From the NCBI GenBank assembly GCA_945884695.1, contig CAMCYO010000004.1:56648-120647 (forward strand): 64,000 bases of DNA, read 5' to 3'. Below the pieces are notes generated by a model. It was not told the DNA's origin, did not search any database, and saw only the letters and a list, made by a program, of their open reading frames with translations. Below, in pieces: positions 15,477 through 25,901 of this stretch; position 1 is the stretch's first letter, and the number at the start of each line of letters is the position of its first letter. The translations under genes were made by a program, and so were the position numbers. The DNA is from Streptomyces griseus (lineage in GTDB: Bacteria; Actinomycetota; Actinomycetes; Nanopelagicales; Nanopelagicaceae).

Positions 15477-17405
15477 GTGTCAGATCTTTCCGGCGAACTC
15501 ATTGATGGACGCTATGAGCTCATCCGCCAGATCGCTAGTGGCGGTATGGCCACAATTTATCAAGCTTTGGATACTCGCTTAGACAGAAAAGTTGCAGTCA
15601 AGATTATGCACGAGCACTTGGCTAATGATGAAGAATTCGTCAATAGATTCATCCGAGAAGCAAAAGCTGCCGCCGCACTTTCTCATCCAAATATCGTGGC
15701 CGTGCAAGATCAAGGGTGGAACCAGAGCGGTATTCCTGCAGTATTTCTAGTTATGGAGTTGGTCGAGGGAAGCACACTTCGCGATTATTTATTTGAAAAG
15801 GGCAAACTTTCAACGCAAGAGCTTTTACATTTTATGACTCCAATTCTTAGCGCTCTTTCGGCAGCGCATAAAATTGGAATAGTTCATCGTGACATCAAGC
15901 CAGAAAATATTTTAATATCGCAATCAGGCCGTGTTAAATTAGCTGATTTTGGTTTAGCGCGTGGAGATCTGATTGGAAACACGATGACTGCCGAGTCCAG
16001 TGTAATTCTCGGTAGCGTCTCCTACCTTTCTCCAGAACAAGCTCAACGGGGAGTTGCCGATGCACGCAGTGACATCTACTCTTTAGGAATTGTTGCTTTC
16101 GAAGCGCTCACGGGCAAGAAACCATTTGATGGTGAATCACCTATTCATATCGCCTATCAACATGTGAACGAGAAAGTTCCCGCGCCATCGACAATTAATC
16201 CCGATGTTCCGCCAGCCCTCGACGCTTTAATTGTGCGAGCAACAAGTACTAATCCTGACGATCGCCCCCGAGACGGTGAAGCATTTTTAGATGAGTTAAG
16301 ACAAGTTGAGGCAATCGTAGATCCCAAAGGCAGACAACTCAGCTTTGAATTAGACCTTGGATCTGAGCCCATCCGTGATAAATCACGACAGCTGGTAAGA
16401 GTTTCGAAAGAGATTAAAACCCAAACTTCTGAAAGAGTAGAACCTATGGTTGCAAAGAAGAGTCCACGCGAGAGCACGGCAGAAACGGCTCGAGAGCGAA
16501 AGCGACGCACGAGTGCCCGGATTCGTCGCAACCGTTGGATTGCACTCTTTCTTCTCCTGGCACTGGGTGTTGGTAGTTGGTATCTCTTTGTAGGCCCAGG
16601 TACTCGCGTTGTCGTTCCATCCGTTGCGGGAATGAGCGTTAAAGAAGCCAAAGCAGCCCTCACTCCGCTTGGATTGACTTATGAAGTGGCAGAGGAAGTA
16701 TTTAGCGAAGATATTCCTAAAGGAAAAATTATCTCCTCTAAGCCTGCTGGCGGTGGTCGAATAGGCGAGGCCGGAAATGTTTCACTCTATCTTTCTAAGG
16801 GCGCAGAAAGATATCTCATCCCAAATCTTCAAGGTCTTACTGTTGAAAGCGCAACTGCGCTAATACAAACCGATCCACTTGTCATTGGAACTACTACGCA
16901 ATCCTATGATCCAAGAATTCCAGAAGGCGCAATAATTTCAACTTCTCCAAGCGCCGGCACGAAAGCAACACGGGGCAGTGCAATTAATATTGTTATCAGC
17001 AAAGGGATTCAACAGCTTGCACTTCTCTCTTACATTGGAAAAACTGGAGACCAAGCACTTAATGAATTAGAAGAAGCAGGATTTAACGTAACAATTAGAT
17101 ACGAGTTCAGCGATAGTGCACTTCTTGGTGAAGTCATTTCTCAAGTGCCAGCTGGAGACGCTCCTGCATCAAAAGGATCAGATATAGAAGTTGTTGTCTC
17201 CAAAGGTTCTGAATGGGTCTTTGTACCCTCTGGTATTCGAGGACTCGAACAGGGAGTTGCATTAACGATGTTAGAAAATAGTGGTCTGGAAGTCGGTAAG
17301 CCCATTGTTACAGGTAAAAATAAGAAGAAATTCGTCACTCACATCTCACCGGCGGAGAGAACGAAAGTTAAACGTGGCAGTAAGGTCACCATCACAGTAG
17401 GGTAA
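15477..17405 (+). CDS. Ser/Thr protein kinase with TM segment and four extracellular PASTA repeats (PknB-like)
   Basis: GRYELIRQIASGGMATIY...KVAVKIM, HRDIKPENILI, DFGLAR; TM segment WIALFLLLALGVGSWYLFV; then repeated about 65-aa PASTA units (VPSVAGMS..., IPNLQGLT..., LLSYIGKT..., VPSGIRGL...). Confidence 0.9.
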   Translation: MSDLSGELIDGRYELIRQIASGGMATIYQALDTRLDRKVAVKIMHEHLANDEEFVNRFIREAKAAAALSHPNIVAVQDQGWNQSGIPAVFLVMELVEGSTLRDYLFEKGKLSTQELLHFMTPILSALSAAHKIGIVHRDIKPENILISQSGRVKLADFGLARGDLIGNTMTAESSVILGSVSYLSPEQAQRGVADARSDIYSLGIVAFEALTGKKPFDGESPIHIAYQHVNEKVPAPSTINPDVPPALDALIVRATSTNPDDRPRDGEAFLDELRQVEAIVDPKGRQLSFELDLGSEPIRDKSRQLVRVSKEIKTQTSERVEPMVAKKSPRESTAETARERKRRTSARIRRNRWIALFLLLALGVGSWYLFVGPGTRVVVPSVAGMSVKEAKAALTPLGLTYEVAEEVFSEDIPKGKIISSKPAGGGRIGEAGNVSLYLSKGAERYLIPNLQGLTVESATALIQTDPLVIGTTTQSYDPRIPEGAIISTSPSAGTKATRGSAINIVISKGIQQLALLSYIGKTGDQALNELEEAGFNVTIRYEFSDSALLGEVISQVPAGDAPASKGSDIEVVVSKGSEWVFVPSGIRGLEQGVALTMLENSGLEVGKPIVTGKNKKKFVTHISPAERTKVKRGSKVTITVG

Positions 17406-17409
17406 GCAA

Positions 17410-18267
17410 ATGTCTCCACTCCATCCACGAATCGGCGCTCACGTACCGACTACGGGCGGAATGGCTAAGCGCTCTGTCGAATATGCGAAAACAATTTCTG
17501 CAGAAGCTATTCAACTCTTTGCCTCAAATCCTCGTGGATGGGCTATGCCTGAATCAAATGTGGTGGCCGATGAAGAATTCAAGGTAAAGGCCAAAGAGTT
17601 GGATATAGCAACCTACGTTCACGCACCTTTTCTTATTAATCTTGGATCTCCGACTTTTGGTACCTATGAAAATTCATTAGCTTCTACTGCTTACTCACTC
17701 AAAAGAGGAAGAGAAATAGGCGCACTCGGTGTCGTTGTTCACACGGGATCGGCCGTAGATGTAAACCATGTCAAGCAAGCATGGAAGCAAATCCACGAGG
17801 GAATGATGCCAATTCTGCAATCACTACCAGATGATTCACCTACGCTGTTGCTCGAACCCACTGCTGGTCAAGGCCAATCGCTAGTCAAGAAATTGGATGA
17901 CTTGGTCAATTATTTAGAAGCCCTTGAGTATCACCCAAAAGTTGGAATCTGCCTGGATACCTGTCACGTATTCGCAGCAGGTCATGACATCGCAAAAAAA
18001 GGCGGAATGACACAAACCCTTGATCTCCTTGTGTCCATTGCTGGTGCAGAACGCATTCAGCTCATTCATGCAAATGATTCGAAAGATGTCTGCGGCGCGC
18101 TAAAAGATCGCCATGAAAACTTGGGTGAGGGTAAAATCGGGATCGACCCTTTTAAGGAACTTCTTGCTCATCCAGCAATTGCCAACGCTCCCCTCATTCT
18201 TGAAACTCCCGGGCAAGAAACCCAACATAGCGCCGAAGTTGCACTCCTTAAGAAGTTCCGCAAATGA
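17410..18267 (+). CDS. nfo: Deoxyribonuclease IV (endonuclease IV, AP endonuclease family 2)
   Basis: IGAHV...YVHAPFLINLGSP...VVVHTGS...LLEPTAGQG...CLDTCHVFAAGHD...IHANDSK...DRHENLGEGKIG. Confidence 0.9.
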   Translation: MSPLHPRIGAHVPTTGGMAKRSVEYAKTISAEAIQLFASNPRGWAMPESNVVADEEFKVKAKELDIATYVHAPFLINLGSPTFGTYENSLASTAYSLKRGREIGALGVVVHTGSAVDVNHVKQAWKQIHEGMMPILQSLPDDSPTLLLEPTAGQGQSLVKKLDDLVNYLEALEYHPKVGICLDTCHVFAAGHDIAKKGGMTQTLDLLVSIAGAERIQLIHANDSKDVCGALKDRHENLGEGKIGIDPFKELLAHPAIANAPLILETPGQETQHSAEVALLKKFRK

Positions 18268-19112
18268 GAAAACAATTACGTCTAGCACCCTTTGCACTCC
18301 TTGCCGTTTCCATGATGTGGGGCTCAACATTTGTATTAATGAAGAGTGCAATTAAGCGTCAAGATGTAAACAGTTTTCTCTTTTCGCGCTTTGCTCTAGC
18401 TGTAATTGCCATGATTGTTTTGCGTCCACGAATTCTAAAACTTCTAACAAGAGATATGTTAACAAAGGGCTTCTTTGCGGGGTGTTTTCTAGGATCTGGT
18501 TACATTCTTCAAACGTTAGGTTTAGCTCGCACAACTGCTGCTGTAACGGGATTTGTCACTGGCCTTTATGTCGTTGCAACTCCCTTAATCGGGGCGTTAA
18601 TACTTAAGCAGAAAATTTCACGTAAAACTTGGACCTATGTCGGAATGGCAACAATTGGCTTGGCACTCCTTTCTCTCCATGGCTGGTCAGTTGGTACTGG
18701 TGAATTATTCGTGCTCGCTAGTGCTATCGCATTTGCAGCACACATCATCGCACTCGAGCAATGGAGTAGCGGGCGCGATACATACGCACTCACAGTGGTT
18801 CAATTAGGAACTTGTGCCCTCATGACTGGATTGGCCTCGCTCAAAGATGGATACCAAGCACCTCCTGATTCTGGAGTGTGGGCAGTAGTTATATTTACAG
18901 CAATCTTTGCAACAGCAATTGCATTCATTGTTCAAACATGGTCACAAGCTCATATGGCATCTACAAAGGTGGCGGTAATTTTGACTATGGAGGTGGTGTT
19001 CGCAGCCCTCTTTGCACTCCTTTTTGGTGGTGAAAGTTTAACTCTTCAAATTTCACTAGGCGGAATTCTCGTAGTAAGTGCCATGTATTTCATTGTCATG
19101 GACCAGGCGTGA
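18264..19112 (+). CDS. EamA/DMT-family transporter
   Basis: 282 aa, 10 TM segments, two EamA-like halves. ATGA overlap with nfo. Confidence 0.8.
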   Translation: MRKQLRLAPFALLAVSMMWGSTFVLMKSAIKRQDVNSFLFSRFALAVIAMIVLRPRILKLLTRDMLTKGFFAGCFLGSGYILQTLGLARTTAAVTGFVTGLYVVATPLIGALILKQKISRKTWTYVGMATIGLALLSLHGWSVGTGELFVLASAIAFAAHIIALEQWSSGRDTYALTVVQLGTCALMTGLASLKDGYQAPPDSGVWAVVIFTAIFATAIAFIVQTWSQAHMASTKVAVILTMEVVFAALFALLFGGESLTLQISLGGILVVSAMYFIVMDQA

Positions 19113-19124
19113 GATACTAAAAAT

Positions 19125-20174
19125 ATGCGCGTAGATCTTCGCTCCGATACGGTCACATTGCCATCCCTTGCAATGCGACAAGCTATGGCCGATGCCCCAG
19201 TTGGTGATGATGTTTATGGTGAAGATCCCACAGTCAATTCCCTTGAGGAACGTGTTGCTGAGTTATTTGGTAAAGAGGCTGGAGTCTTTGCTCCATCGGG
19301 GTCACTTGCAAATCAATTAGCTCTTCGCACATTAGTTGCTCCAGGGGAGGAACTCCTTGTTGAAACAAATTCGCATATTGTTCGTGCCGAACTTGGAGCT
19401 GCAGCAGTTTTTAGTGGGATCACAACACGCACATGGCAGGCAGAACGCGGACTGCTCAACGCGCAAGATGCCCTAGCTATTGCAAAACCAGACTCTGGTC
19501 CATATTTAGTGTCGACAACTGCCATTGCTGTTGAGAACACACATAATTTCGGGGGCGGAACTATTCAACCCATTGAGGAAATACGCAAACTTCACAAAGG
19601 TGCACAAGAAATGGGATTGCACCTGCATTTAGATGGCGCACGTATCTTTAACGCACATATTGCAAGCGGAGTTTCGCTCAAAGAGTATGGAAAAAATTTT
19701 GACACCATCAGCGTATGCCTTTCTAAAGGTTTGGGCGCGCCAGTTGGCTCAATTGCACTTTCCACAAAGGAGAGAATTTCAAAAGCCAGGGTATGGAGGA
19801 AGCGTTACGGATCGGGCATGCGCCAAGTTGGAATCCTGGCCGCAGCAGGTCATTTTGCCTTAGATAACAATTTCGCTCGATTAAGTGATGATCATAAACG
19901 TGCGAAATTTCTGGCCTCCAAACTCCATTCAATCCTGCCTTCACTTGTTGATCCAGCACATGTTCACACAAATATTGTTGGGCTTAATCTTGTTGACCTT
20001 CCACTTTCAGCAAGCGAGTTTGCTCAATTGGCAAAAGCGCAAGGTGTACTCATTAGCGCCCTAGGACCAAAATTTGCTCGCCTGGTTACACACTTAGATA
20101 TTGATGATGAAGGCATGGAATATTCTGCAGAAGTTCTGAGAAAAGTTTTACAGCACGCCCTCATGTCGAAGTAA
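19125..20174 (+). CDS. ltaE: Low-specificity L-threonine aldolase
   Basis: VDLRSDTVTLPS..MRQAMADAPVGDDVYGEDPTVNSLE and the PLP-lysine region SVCLSKGLGAPVGS. Confidence 0.85.
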   Translation: MRVDLRSDTVTLPSLAMRQAMADAPVGDDVYGEDPTVNSLEERVAELFGKEAGVFAPSGSLANQLALRTLVAPGEELLVETNSHIVRAELGAAAVFSGITTRTWQAERGLLNAQDALAIAKPDSGPYLVSTTAIAVENTHNFGGGTIQPIEEIRKLHKGAQEMGLHLHLDGARIFNAHIASGVSLKEYGKNFDTISVCLSKGLGAPVGSIALSTKERISKARVWRKRYGSGMRQVGILAAAGHFALDNNFARLSDDHKRAKFLASKLHSILPSLVDPAHVHTNIVGLNLVDLPLSASEFAQLAKAQGVLISALGPKFARLVTHLDIDDEGMEYSAEVLRKVLQHALMSK

Positions 20175-20615
20175 CCACTCTTTGACTTCTAAACCATAGG
20201 CATAGTTACCTAATGCGCCACCTGTTTTTACAACTCTGTGACAAGGAACAACAACGGCAATCGCGTTCTTCGCACAGGCACTTCCGGCGGCCCTTACGGC
20301 GTCCGGTGATCCAGCACGCTTTGCTAAGTCGGCGTATGAGAGAACTTTTCCTGCCTTGATCTTGCGCATCGCTTTCCATGCTAATTGAGAAAAAGTTGGG
20401 CCATCTTGTCGAACATTGATGGCACTAATCGCTTCGATATCTCCATCAAAATAATCTTTAAGCAAATCTGAAATAACGGGAATTGCTCTCACCCTCTTAA
20501 TTTCTTGCGCATTGATTTCGATTTCTTCAAATGAAGTTCGCAATAGTACGTGTCCATCGGCCAAAAGATGCAAGGTTCCAACAGGGGTTTTCATTGAAGT
20601 TGTAATCAGTGCCAC
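20148..20615 (-). CDS. ogt: Methylated-DNA--protein-cysteine methyltransferase
   Basis: Active site VVPCHRVV and helix-turn-wing region SYADLAKRAGSPDAVRAAGSACAKN. The start is either GTG 20615 or ATG 20594. Confidence 0.9.
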   Translation of the reverse strand: MALITTSMKTPVGTLHLLADGHVLLRTSFEEIEINAQEIKRVRAIPVISDLLKDYFDGDIEAISAINVRQDGPTFSQLAWKAMRKIKAGKVLSYADLAKRAGSPDAVRAAGSACAKNAIAVVVPCHRVVKTGGALGNYAYGLEVKEWLLRHEGVL

Positions 20616-20624
20616 ACAGGCAGA

Positions 20625-21968
20625 TTAACGGTCGCGAAGCATCTCCGCTACTAGAAATGCAAGCTCTAAAGATTGCGAATGATTGAGGCGAGGGTCGCAG
20701 GCACTCTCATACCTGGTAGCTAAATCTTCATGAGAAATTTGCTCACCACCACCCACGCACTCCGTTACGTCATCCCCAGTAAGTTCTATATGGATTCCGC
20801 CAGGATGCGTGCCTAAAGATTTATGTACTTCAAAAAACCCCTTTACTTCATCCATCACATCATCAAATCGACGCGTTTTATAACCAGTTGGTGCCTCATA
20901 TGTATTGCCGTGCATGGGATCACATACCCATAGAACTTGAGCTCCGGATTTAGTCACACCATCAACCAATGCAGGCAAAGATTCGCGAATTTTTCCAGCG
21001 CCCATTCGAGTAATGAATGTAAGACGGCCCGGCTCTCTTTCAGGATCCAATTTATCAATCAGCGCTAGAGCATCAGAAACAGTGGACTTTGGCCCAAGTT
21101 TTACGCCAATTGGATTGCGAACTTTGGATGCAAAATCAACATGTGCGCCATCGAGTTGTCTGGTGCGTTCGCCAATCCAAATGAAGTGTGCAGAAACATC
21201 ATAAGGAAGTTGGGTACGTGAATCGATACGGGTCAGCGCCTTCTCATATTCCATGATGAGTGCTTCGTGACTTGAAAAGAATTCCACTCTCTTAAAAGCC
21301 TCAGGGTCTACGCCAGCTGAGTTCATGAACTCAAGAGCACGCCCAATTTCATTCGCCATTTCTTCATAGCGAACGCCGACAGAGGAGTCGCGAATAAATC
21401 CTTTGTTCCACTCATGAACTTGGCGTAAATCTGCAAAACCACCCTGCGTGAAGGCACGAACAAGATTGAGAGTTGATGCAGAAGTGTTATAAACCCTGAG
21501 TAAGCGTTGAGGATCTGGAGTTCTAGAAATTTCATTAAAATCCAAACCATTAACCGCATCGCCACGGTAGGCAGGCAGTGTGACATCACCACGCGTTTCA
21601 AAATCATTCGAGCGAGGCTTGGCAAACTGACCAGCCATACGCCCCACTTTGACCACTGGCAAACTGGAGTAGTACTGCAAAACCGCGGCCATCTGCAAAA
21701 TAGTTTTGATTCGATTGCGAATTGAGTCAGCAGTTGCCGCTTCGAAAGTTTCGGCGCAATCGCCACCTTGTAACCAAAAACCTCGCCCCGATGCTGCTTG
21801 GGCAATGCGCGTTTTTAAATTGTCACACTCACCGGCGAAAACTAAAGGTGGTTGCTTCTTTAATTCAGAAACTGCGCTCTTAATTGGTGCACCATCGGCG
21901 CCACCTGGCCATTGAGGTTGTTGTGCCGCAATGAGAGATGAATCAAAGAGCGTGTCCAAGGTTGTCAT
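20625..21968 (-). CDS. aroG: Class II (plant/actinobacterial type) 3-deoxy-7-phosphoheptulonate synthase
   Basis: 447 aa. The sequence QQPQWP...PPLVFAGE...WLQGGDCAE and the C-terminal HGNT...GGIHIELTG are characteristic of class II DAHP synthases. Confidence 0.9.
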   Translation of the reverse strand: MTTLDTLFDSSLIAAQQPQWPGGADGAPIKSAVSELKKQPPLVFAGECDNLKTRIAQAASGRGFWLQGGDCAETFEAATADSIRNRIKTILQMAAVLQYYSSLPVVKVGRMAGQFAKPRSNDFETRGDVTLPAYRGDAVNGLDFNEISRTPDPQRLLRVYNTSASTLNLVRAFTQGGFADLRQVHEWNKGFIRDSSVGVRYEEMANEIGRALEFMNSAGVDPEAFKRVEFFSSHEALIMEYEKALTRIDSRTQLPYDVSAHFIWIGERTRQLDGAHVDFASKVRNPIGVKLGPKSTVSDALALIDKLDPEREPGRLTFITRMGAGKIRESLPALVDGVTKSGAQVLWVCDPMHGNTYEAPTGYKTRRFDDVMDEVKGFFEVHKSLGTHPGGIHIELTGDDVTECVGGGEQISHEDLATRYESACDPRLNHSQSLELAFLVAEMLRDR

Positions 21969-22023
21969 AAGGTCCTAGCCTAGAGAGTTCGATGGTGACT
22001 TCGGAGGTTAATATATAAGTACC

Positions 22024-23049
22024 TCAGCCAAAGAAGATCTCTGCCTCCTTATAGAGAGCAGGGTCAACGGTCTTAATCTTCTCGATAGCCGATTTAAGGG
22101 GTACTCGAACGATAGAAGTTGAATGTAGCCCAACCATCGTTCCCCAATCCCCCTCATGTACGGCGGTAATCGCATGAAGGCCGAAACGAGTGGCTAAGAC
22201 CCGATCAAATGCCGTGGGAGTTCCACCTCTTTGAATATGCCCAAGGACCGTTGTTCGTGCTTCTTTTCCAGTCCGCTTTTGAATTTCTTGGGCTAGCCAA
22301 TCACCGATTCCTGATAATTTAACATGACCAAAGGAATCTAAACTTTTATCTTTTGTCATCATCTGCCCATCAATTGGCATTGCACCTTCGGCAACGACGA
22401 TGATGGGCGCGTAATTTGTTTTAAACCGTGACTCAACCCATTGGCAAACCTTTTCAATTGAAAATTTCTGTTCTGGAATCAAAATGCATGCCGCTCCGCC
22501 AGCAATTCCTGAGTGCAACGCAATCCAACCTGCATGCCGTCCCATCACTTCTACAATAAGTGCTCGATGATGTGACTCTGCAGTGGTGTGAAGTCGATCA
22601 ATTGCCTCCACGGCAATGTTGATCGCAGTATCAAAGCCAAATGTGTAATCGGTATTGCTCAGGTCATTATCAATAGTTTTTGGAACTCCAATGACATGTA
22701 CGCCTTCATCTGCTAAGCCAGATGCAACGCCTAACGTGTCTTCTCCACCAATTGCAATCAGAGCATCGATTCCGAGGGCTTTAAGATTTTCAATTACTTT
22801 CTTGGAACCACCTTCGATTGCATAAGGATTAGTTCGAGACGATCCCAAGATGGTGCCACCTCTGGGCAAAATTCCACGAGTAGCTTGCACATCCAATTGC
22901 ATGGTGAGATTCTCCAGAGGGCCTTTCCAGCCATCACGAAAACCAACGAATTCATACCCATACTCTTTAACGCCTTTGCGCACAATGGCTCGGATGACGG
23001 CATTAAGGCCTGGGCAATCTCCCCCACCTGTCAATACCCCGATGCGCAT
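22024..23049 (-). CDS. pfkA: 6-phosphofructokinase (ATP- or PPi-dependent)
   Basis: MRIGVLTGGGDCPGLNAVIRA, IGGEDT, PKTIDNDL, MGRHAGW. ATG 23049 has GGAG 9 nt upstream; the longer track start at 23064 is a TTG. Confidence 0.9.
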   Translation of the reverse strand: MRIGVLTGGGDCPGLNAVIRAIVRKGVKEYGYEFVGFRDGWKGPLENLTMQLDVQATRGILPRGGTILGSSRTNPYAIEGGSKKVIENLKALGIDALIAIGGEDTLGVASGLADEGVHVIGVPKTIDNDLSNTDYTFGFDTAINIAVEAIDRLHTTAESHHRALIVEVMGRHAGWIALHSGIAGGAACILIPEQKFSIEKVCQWVESRFKTNYAPIIVVAEGAMPIDGQMMTKDKSLDSFGHVKLSGIGDWLAQEIQKRTGKEARTTVLGHIQRGGTPTAFDRVLATRFGLHAITAVHEGDWGTMVGLHSTSIVRVPLKSAIEKIKTVDPALYKEAEIFFG

Positions 23050-23164
23050 TGCGATGTGCTCCAATATAGAAGAATTGAAACTTCTTATGCGTGAACTCTA
23101 CTCGGCAATGGTTTTGATTCACAACGGAATTGCATCTAACTACCTTTAACTGCTAAAAACACCT

Positions 23165-24097
23165 ATGGAATTAGCTCCAGAACTTCGAAAATTTCTAGAC
23201 GCTGGCGCAGCACTTGGTTTACCCGAAGCATGGGAAGCGACACTAGAAGTCATTAGAGCAAATCGTTATCGCTTCCTACAAATTTCAGGATCAGCGCGAG
23301 ACATTTATTCCATCACTAATCGTTTTATTCCAGGACCTACGGGAGATCTTCCTATTCGTATCTATCGTCCGAGTGCAGAGAAGAATTTGCCAGCCATGGT
23401 GTATTTCCATGGAGGTGGATGGGTATTGAACTTTGTAGATATATACGATTCAACCCTGAGCGCTTTTGCAGAAGAAATTGGTTGCGTAGTCATTGCAGTT
23501 AATTATCAAAAAGCTCCTGAACATCCATTCCCCACTCCCATGGATGACTGCTATGCAACACTTCAGTGGGTTGAGGAAAATGCCAATGATTTAGGAATTG
23601 ATAGCAAAAGAATTGGAATTGGTGGCGACAGTGCCGGTGCAAATTTATCGTCCGGTGTTGCACTCAGGGCTCGCGATGAGAATGGCCCGTCAATTGTCTA
23701 CCAACTCCTCATCTACCCATGCAATGGATTAGATTTCGATACTCCTTCCTACCAAGAATTCGCTACAGGCTACGGATTATCACGCCAAGGAATGCAGTGG
23801 TTTTGGGGTAAATATCTTTCCACCGAAAAAGATAAGACCAACCCTTATGCAGTCCCCATGGTTTCTAAAAATTTTAAAGGCCTGCCTCCTGCAATCGTCA
23901 TAACTGCAGGATTTGATCCGCTTAAAGATGATGGGATTAAATACGATGCACTTCTCAAAGCTGCTGGTGTTCCAACAATCTACAAGGATTACCCCACGAT
24001 GATTCATGGCTTCTTTAATCTCAGCACCGTGACGAAGACAACCGCCGAGGCAATTAACGACTGCAGCCAATTTATTCGTGGATTACTAAAGATCTAA
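23165..24097 (+). CDS. Alpha/beta hydrolase, hormone-sensitive-lipase-family esterase
   Basis: HGGGW oxyanion motif, GDSAGANL nucleophile elbow, C-terminal DPL.DD and MIHGF. Confidence 0.85.
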   Translation: MELAPELRKFLDAGAALGLPEAWEATLEVIRANRYRFLQISGSARDIYSITNRFIPGPTGDLPIRIYRPSAEKNLPAMVYFHGGGWVLNFVDIYDSTLSAFAEEIGCVVIAVNYQKAPEHPFPTPMDDCYATLQWVEENANDLGIDSKRIGIGGDSAGANLSSGVALRARDENGPSIVYQLLIYPCNGLDFDTPSYQEFATGYGLSRQGMQWFWGKYLSTEKDKTNPYAVPMVSKNFKGLPPAIVITAGFDPLKDDGIKYDALLKAAGVPTIYKDYPTMIHGFFNLSTVTKTTAEAINDCSQFIRGLLKI

Positions 24098-24108
24098 CCT
24101 AGGACTAG

Positions 24109-24975
24109 ATGACGCGCAGGAATTGGATTCTATTTTCCATTGTAGGAATTCTTTGGGGAACTCCCTATCTCCTCATTCGCGTTGCAGTTCGTGATTTTAG
24201 CCCGGCAACTGTAGTTTTTATCCGGGTGGCAATAGGTGCGATGATCTTGATACCTATCGCAATTAAGCAAAAAACGTTTATGTCTGCAGTTCGAGGATTG
24301 AAATACATTTTTCCTTACGCAATCGCTGAAATGCTTATTCCGTTGATGCTTATCGCTATGGCCGAGACTAGTATTTCATCGGGCTTGACTGGCATTTTAA
24401 TTGCAACAGTTCCTATTTGGGCCTCAATTTTTGCATCTCTTTATGGAGATAAATCAGTTTGGCATCAGACTCGCCTCATTGGTCTCATCGTGGGATTTGT
24501 AGGAATTTTCTTACTTATTGGCATTGAAAGTTTGACGGGAGAAAGCGCGCTCTGGGCGATTGCATTTGTAATCATTGCTTCCGCAAGTTACGCATTCGCG
24601 GTAAATATGATTACGAGAAAACTTCCCGATGTTTCAGGAATTGCATTCAACGGAATTGCCATGGCTATCACGGGCTTAATTATTGCTCCATTCGCAATTG
24701 CTCAGTGGCCAACAACTGCTGTACCTACACAAGCTATTTTTTCCGTAATTGCACTCGGACTTTTCTGCACCGCACTGGCATTTATTCTCTTCTTTATCGT
24801 TATCAAAGAGATTGGGCCAGCACGAGCATCTTTAACCACCTACCTCAATACTGCCGTAGCGGTCTTGCTGGGAGTAGTTATATTGCGCGAACCATTTACT
24901 CTTGGAATCGCCATAGGTTTGCCACTGGTGTTATACGGTTCATATCTAGCAAGTCGCAAACCTTCGAAAGTCTAG
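24109..24975 (+). CDS. EamA/DMT-family transporter
   Basis: 288 aa with 10 TM segments in a duplicated EamA architecture. Confidence 0.8.
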   Translation: MTRRNWILFSIVGILWGTPYLLIRVAVRDFSPATVVFIRVAIGAMILIPIAIKQKTFMSAVRGLKYIFPYAIAEMLIPLMLIAMAETSISSGLTGILIATVPIWASIFASLYGDKSVWHQTRLIGLIVGFVGIFLLIGIESLTGESALWAIAFVIIASASYAFAVNMITRKLPDVSGIAFNGIAMAITGLIIAPFAIAQWPTTAVPTQAIFSVIALGLFCTALAFILFFIVIKEIGPARASLTTYLNTAVAVLLGVVILREPFTLGIAIGLPLVLYGSYLASRKPSKV

Positions 24976-25889
24976 TTTTCACCAAAACCTAAGCGTTCGA
25001 GAAGTTTTGGATCTCGCTGCCACTCTTTTGAAACTTTAATGTGTAGTCCTAAAAATATTCGCGCACCAAGAATTCTTTCAATATCGGCCCTTGCCCGAGT
25101 TCCTATATCTTTTAATCTCTGCCCTTGATGCCCAAGCAAAATGCCTCGTTGAGAATCGCGTTCAATATGAATCGTTGCATGTATATCGAAAAAGGGCTTA
25201 TCTCCTTCGCTCTCGCGCTGAGACATCTCGTCGATGGTGACAGTAATGGAGTGCGGTAATTCTTCTCTGGCATCGCGCAATGCGGCCTCTCGAATTAATT
25301 CACAAATCCATTTCTCCTGCCCTTGGTCACTCACCATATCTTTGGGATAAAACTCAGGACCTGGTGAAAGGAGCCCTCCAATGAGTCCAGTGAGGAGTTC
25401 AACTTGATCGTGAATCACAGCAGAGACAGGAACTATTTCATCCCACGTAAAATCTTTTGCCAACGCAGAAATGCTCATCAACTTTTGTGCAAGCTCTGCT
25501 TTGTTTACTAGGTCAGTTTTTGTAACTACTGCAATTTTTTTGCTACGTGGGTGCTTGGCAATTTCGGCGATAATAAAATCATCACCCGCCCCGAAGCTTT
25601 CATCAGCTGGCATGCACATCAGAATCACATCTACCGAATCCATGCTTTCACCAACAACTGCATTTAAGCGATGACCAAGAAGTGTTTTAGGTTTATGAAC
25701 CCCTGGTGTATCTACCAAGATGGCTTGGTAATTATCTCTATTAACAATGCCACGAATCGCATGACGAGTAGTGTTGGGATGCGCAGATGTAATTGCAATT
25801 TTGCTACCAACGAGGGCATTTACCAGAGTGGATTTACCTGTATTTGGTCGCCCAACAATGGCAACAAAACCAGATAGAAATTCGCTCAC
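24972..25889 (-). CDS. era: GTPase Era
   Basis: GFVAIVGRPNTGKSTLVNALVG, DTPG, TKTD, C-terminal KH domain (VERDSQ-type IERDSQRGILLG). Confidence 0.95.
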   Translation of the reverse strand: MSEFLSGFVAIVGRPNTGKSTLVNALVGSKIAITSAHPNTTRHAIRGIVNRDNYQAILVDTPGVHKPKTLLGHRLNAVVGESMDSVDVILMCMPADESFGAGDDFIIAEIAKHPRSKKIAVVTKTDLVNKAELAQKLMSISALAKDFTWDEIVPVSAVIHDQVELLTGLIGGLLSPGPEFYPKDMVSDQGQEKWICELIREAALRDAREELPHSITVTIDEMSQRESEGDKPFFDIHATIHIERDSQRGILLGHQGQRLKDIGTRARADIERILGARIFLGLHIKVSKEWQRDPKLLERLGFGEN

Positions 25890-25901
25890 GGGATAAGTCT
25901 C

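Noticed and set aside
20148-20174. A 27-nt convergent overlap of the ltaE and ogt 3' ends. The 4-nt convergent overlaps at 9183-9186, 24972-24975 and 39596-39599 are similar.
   Set aside because: These are real in the sequence but typical of a compact genome. Nothing indicates antisense regulation.
21980-22000. An isolated GTTCGA half-site in the aroG/pfkA spacer
   Set aside because: There is no partner TCGAAC at the required 4-nt spacing.
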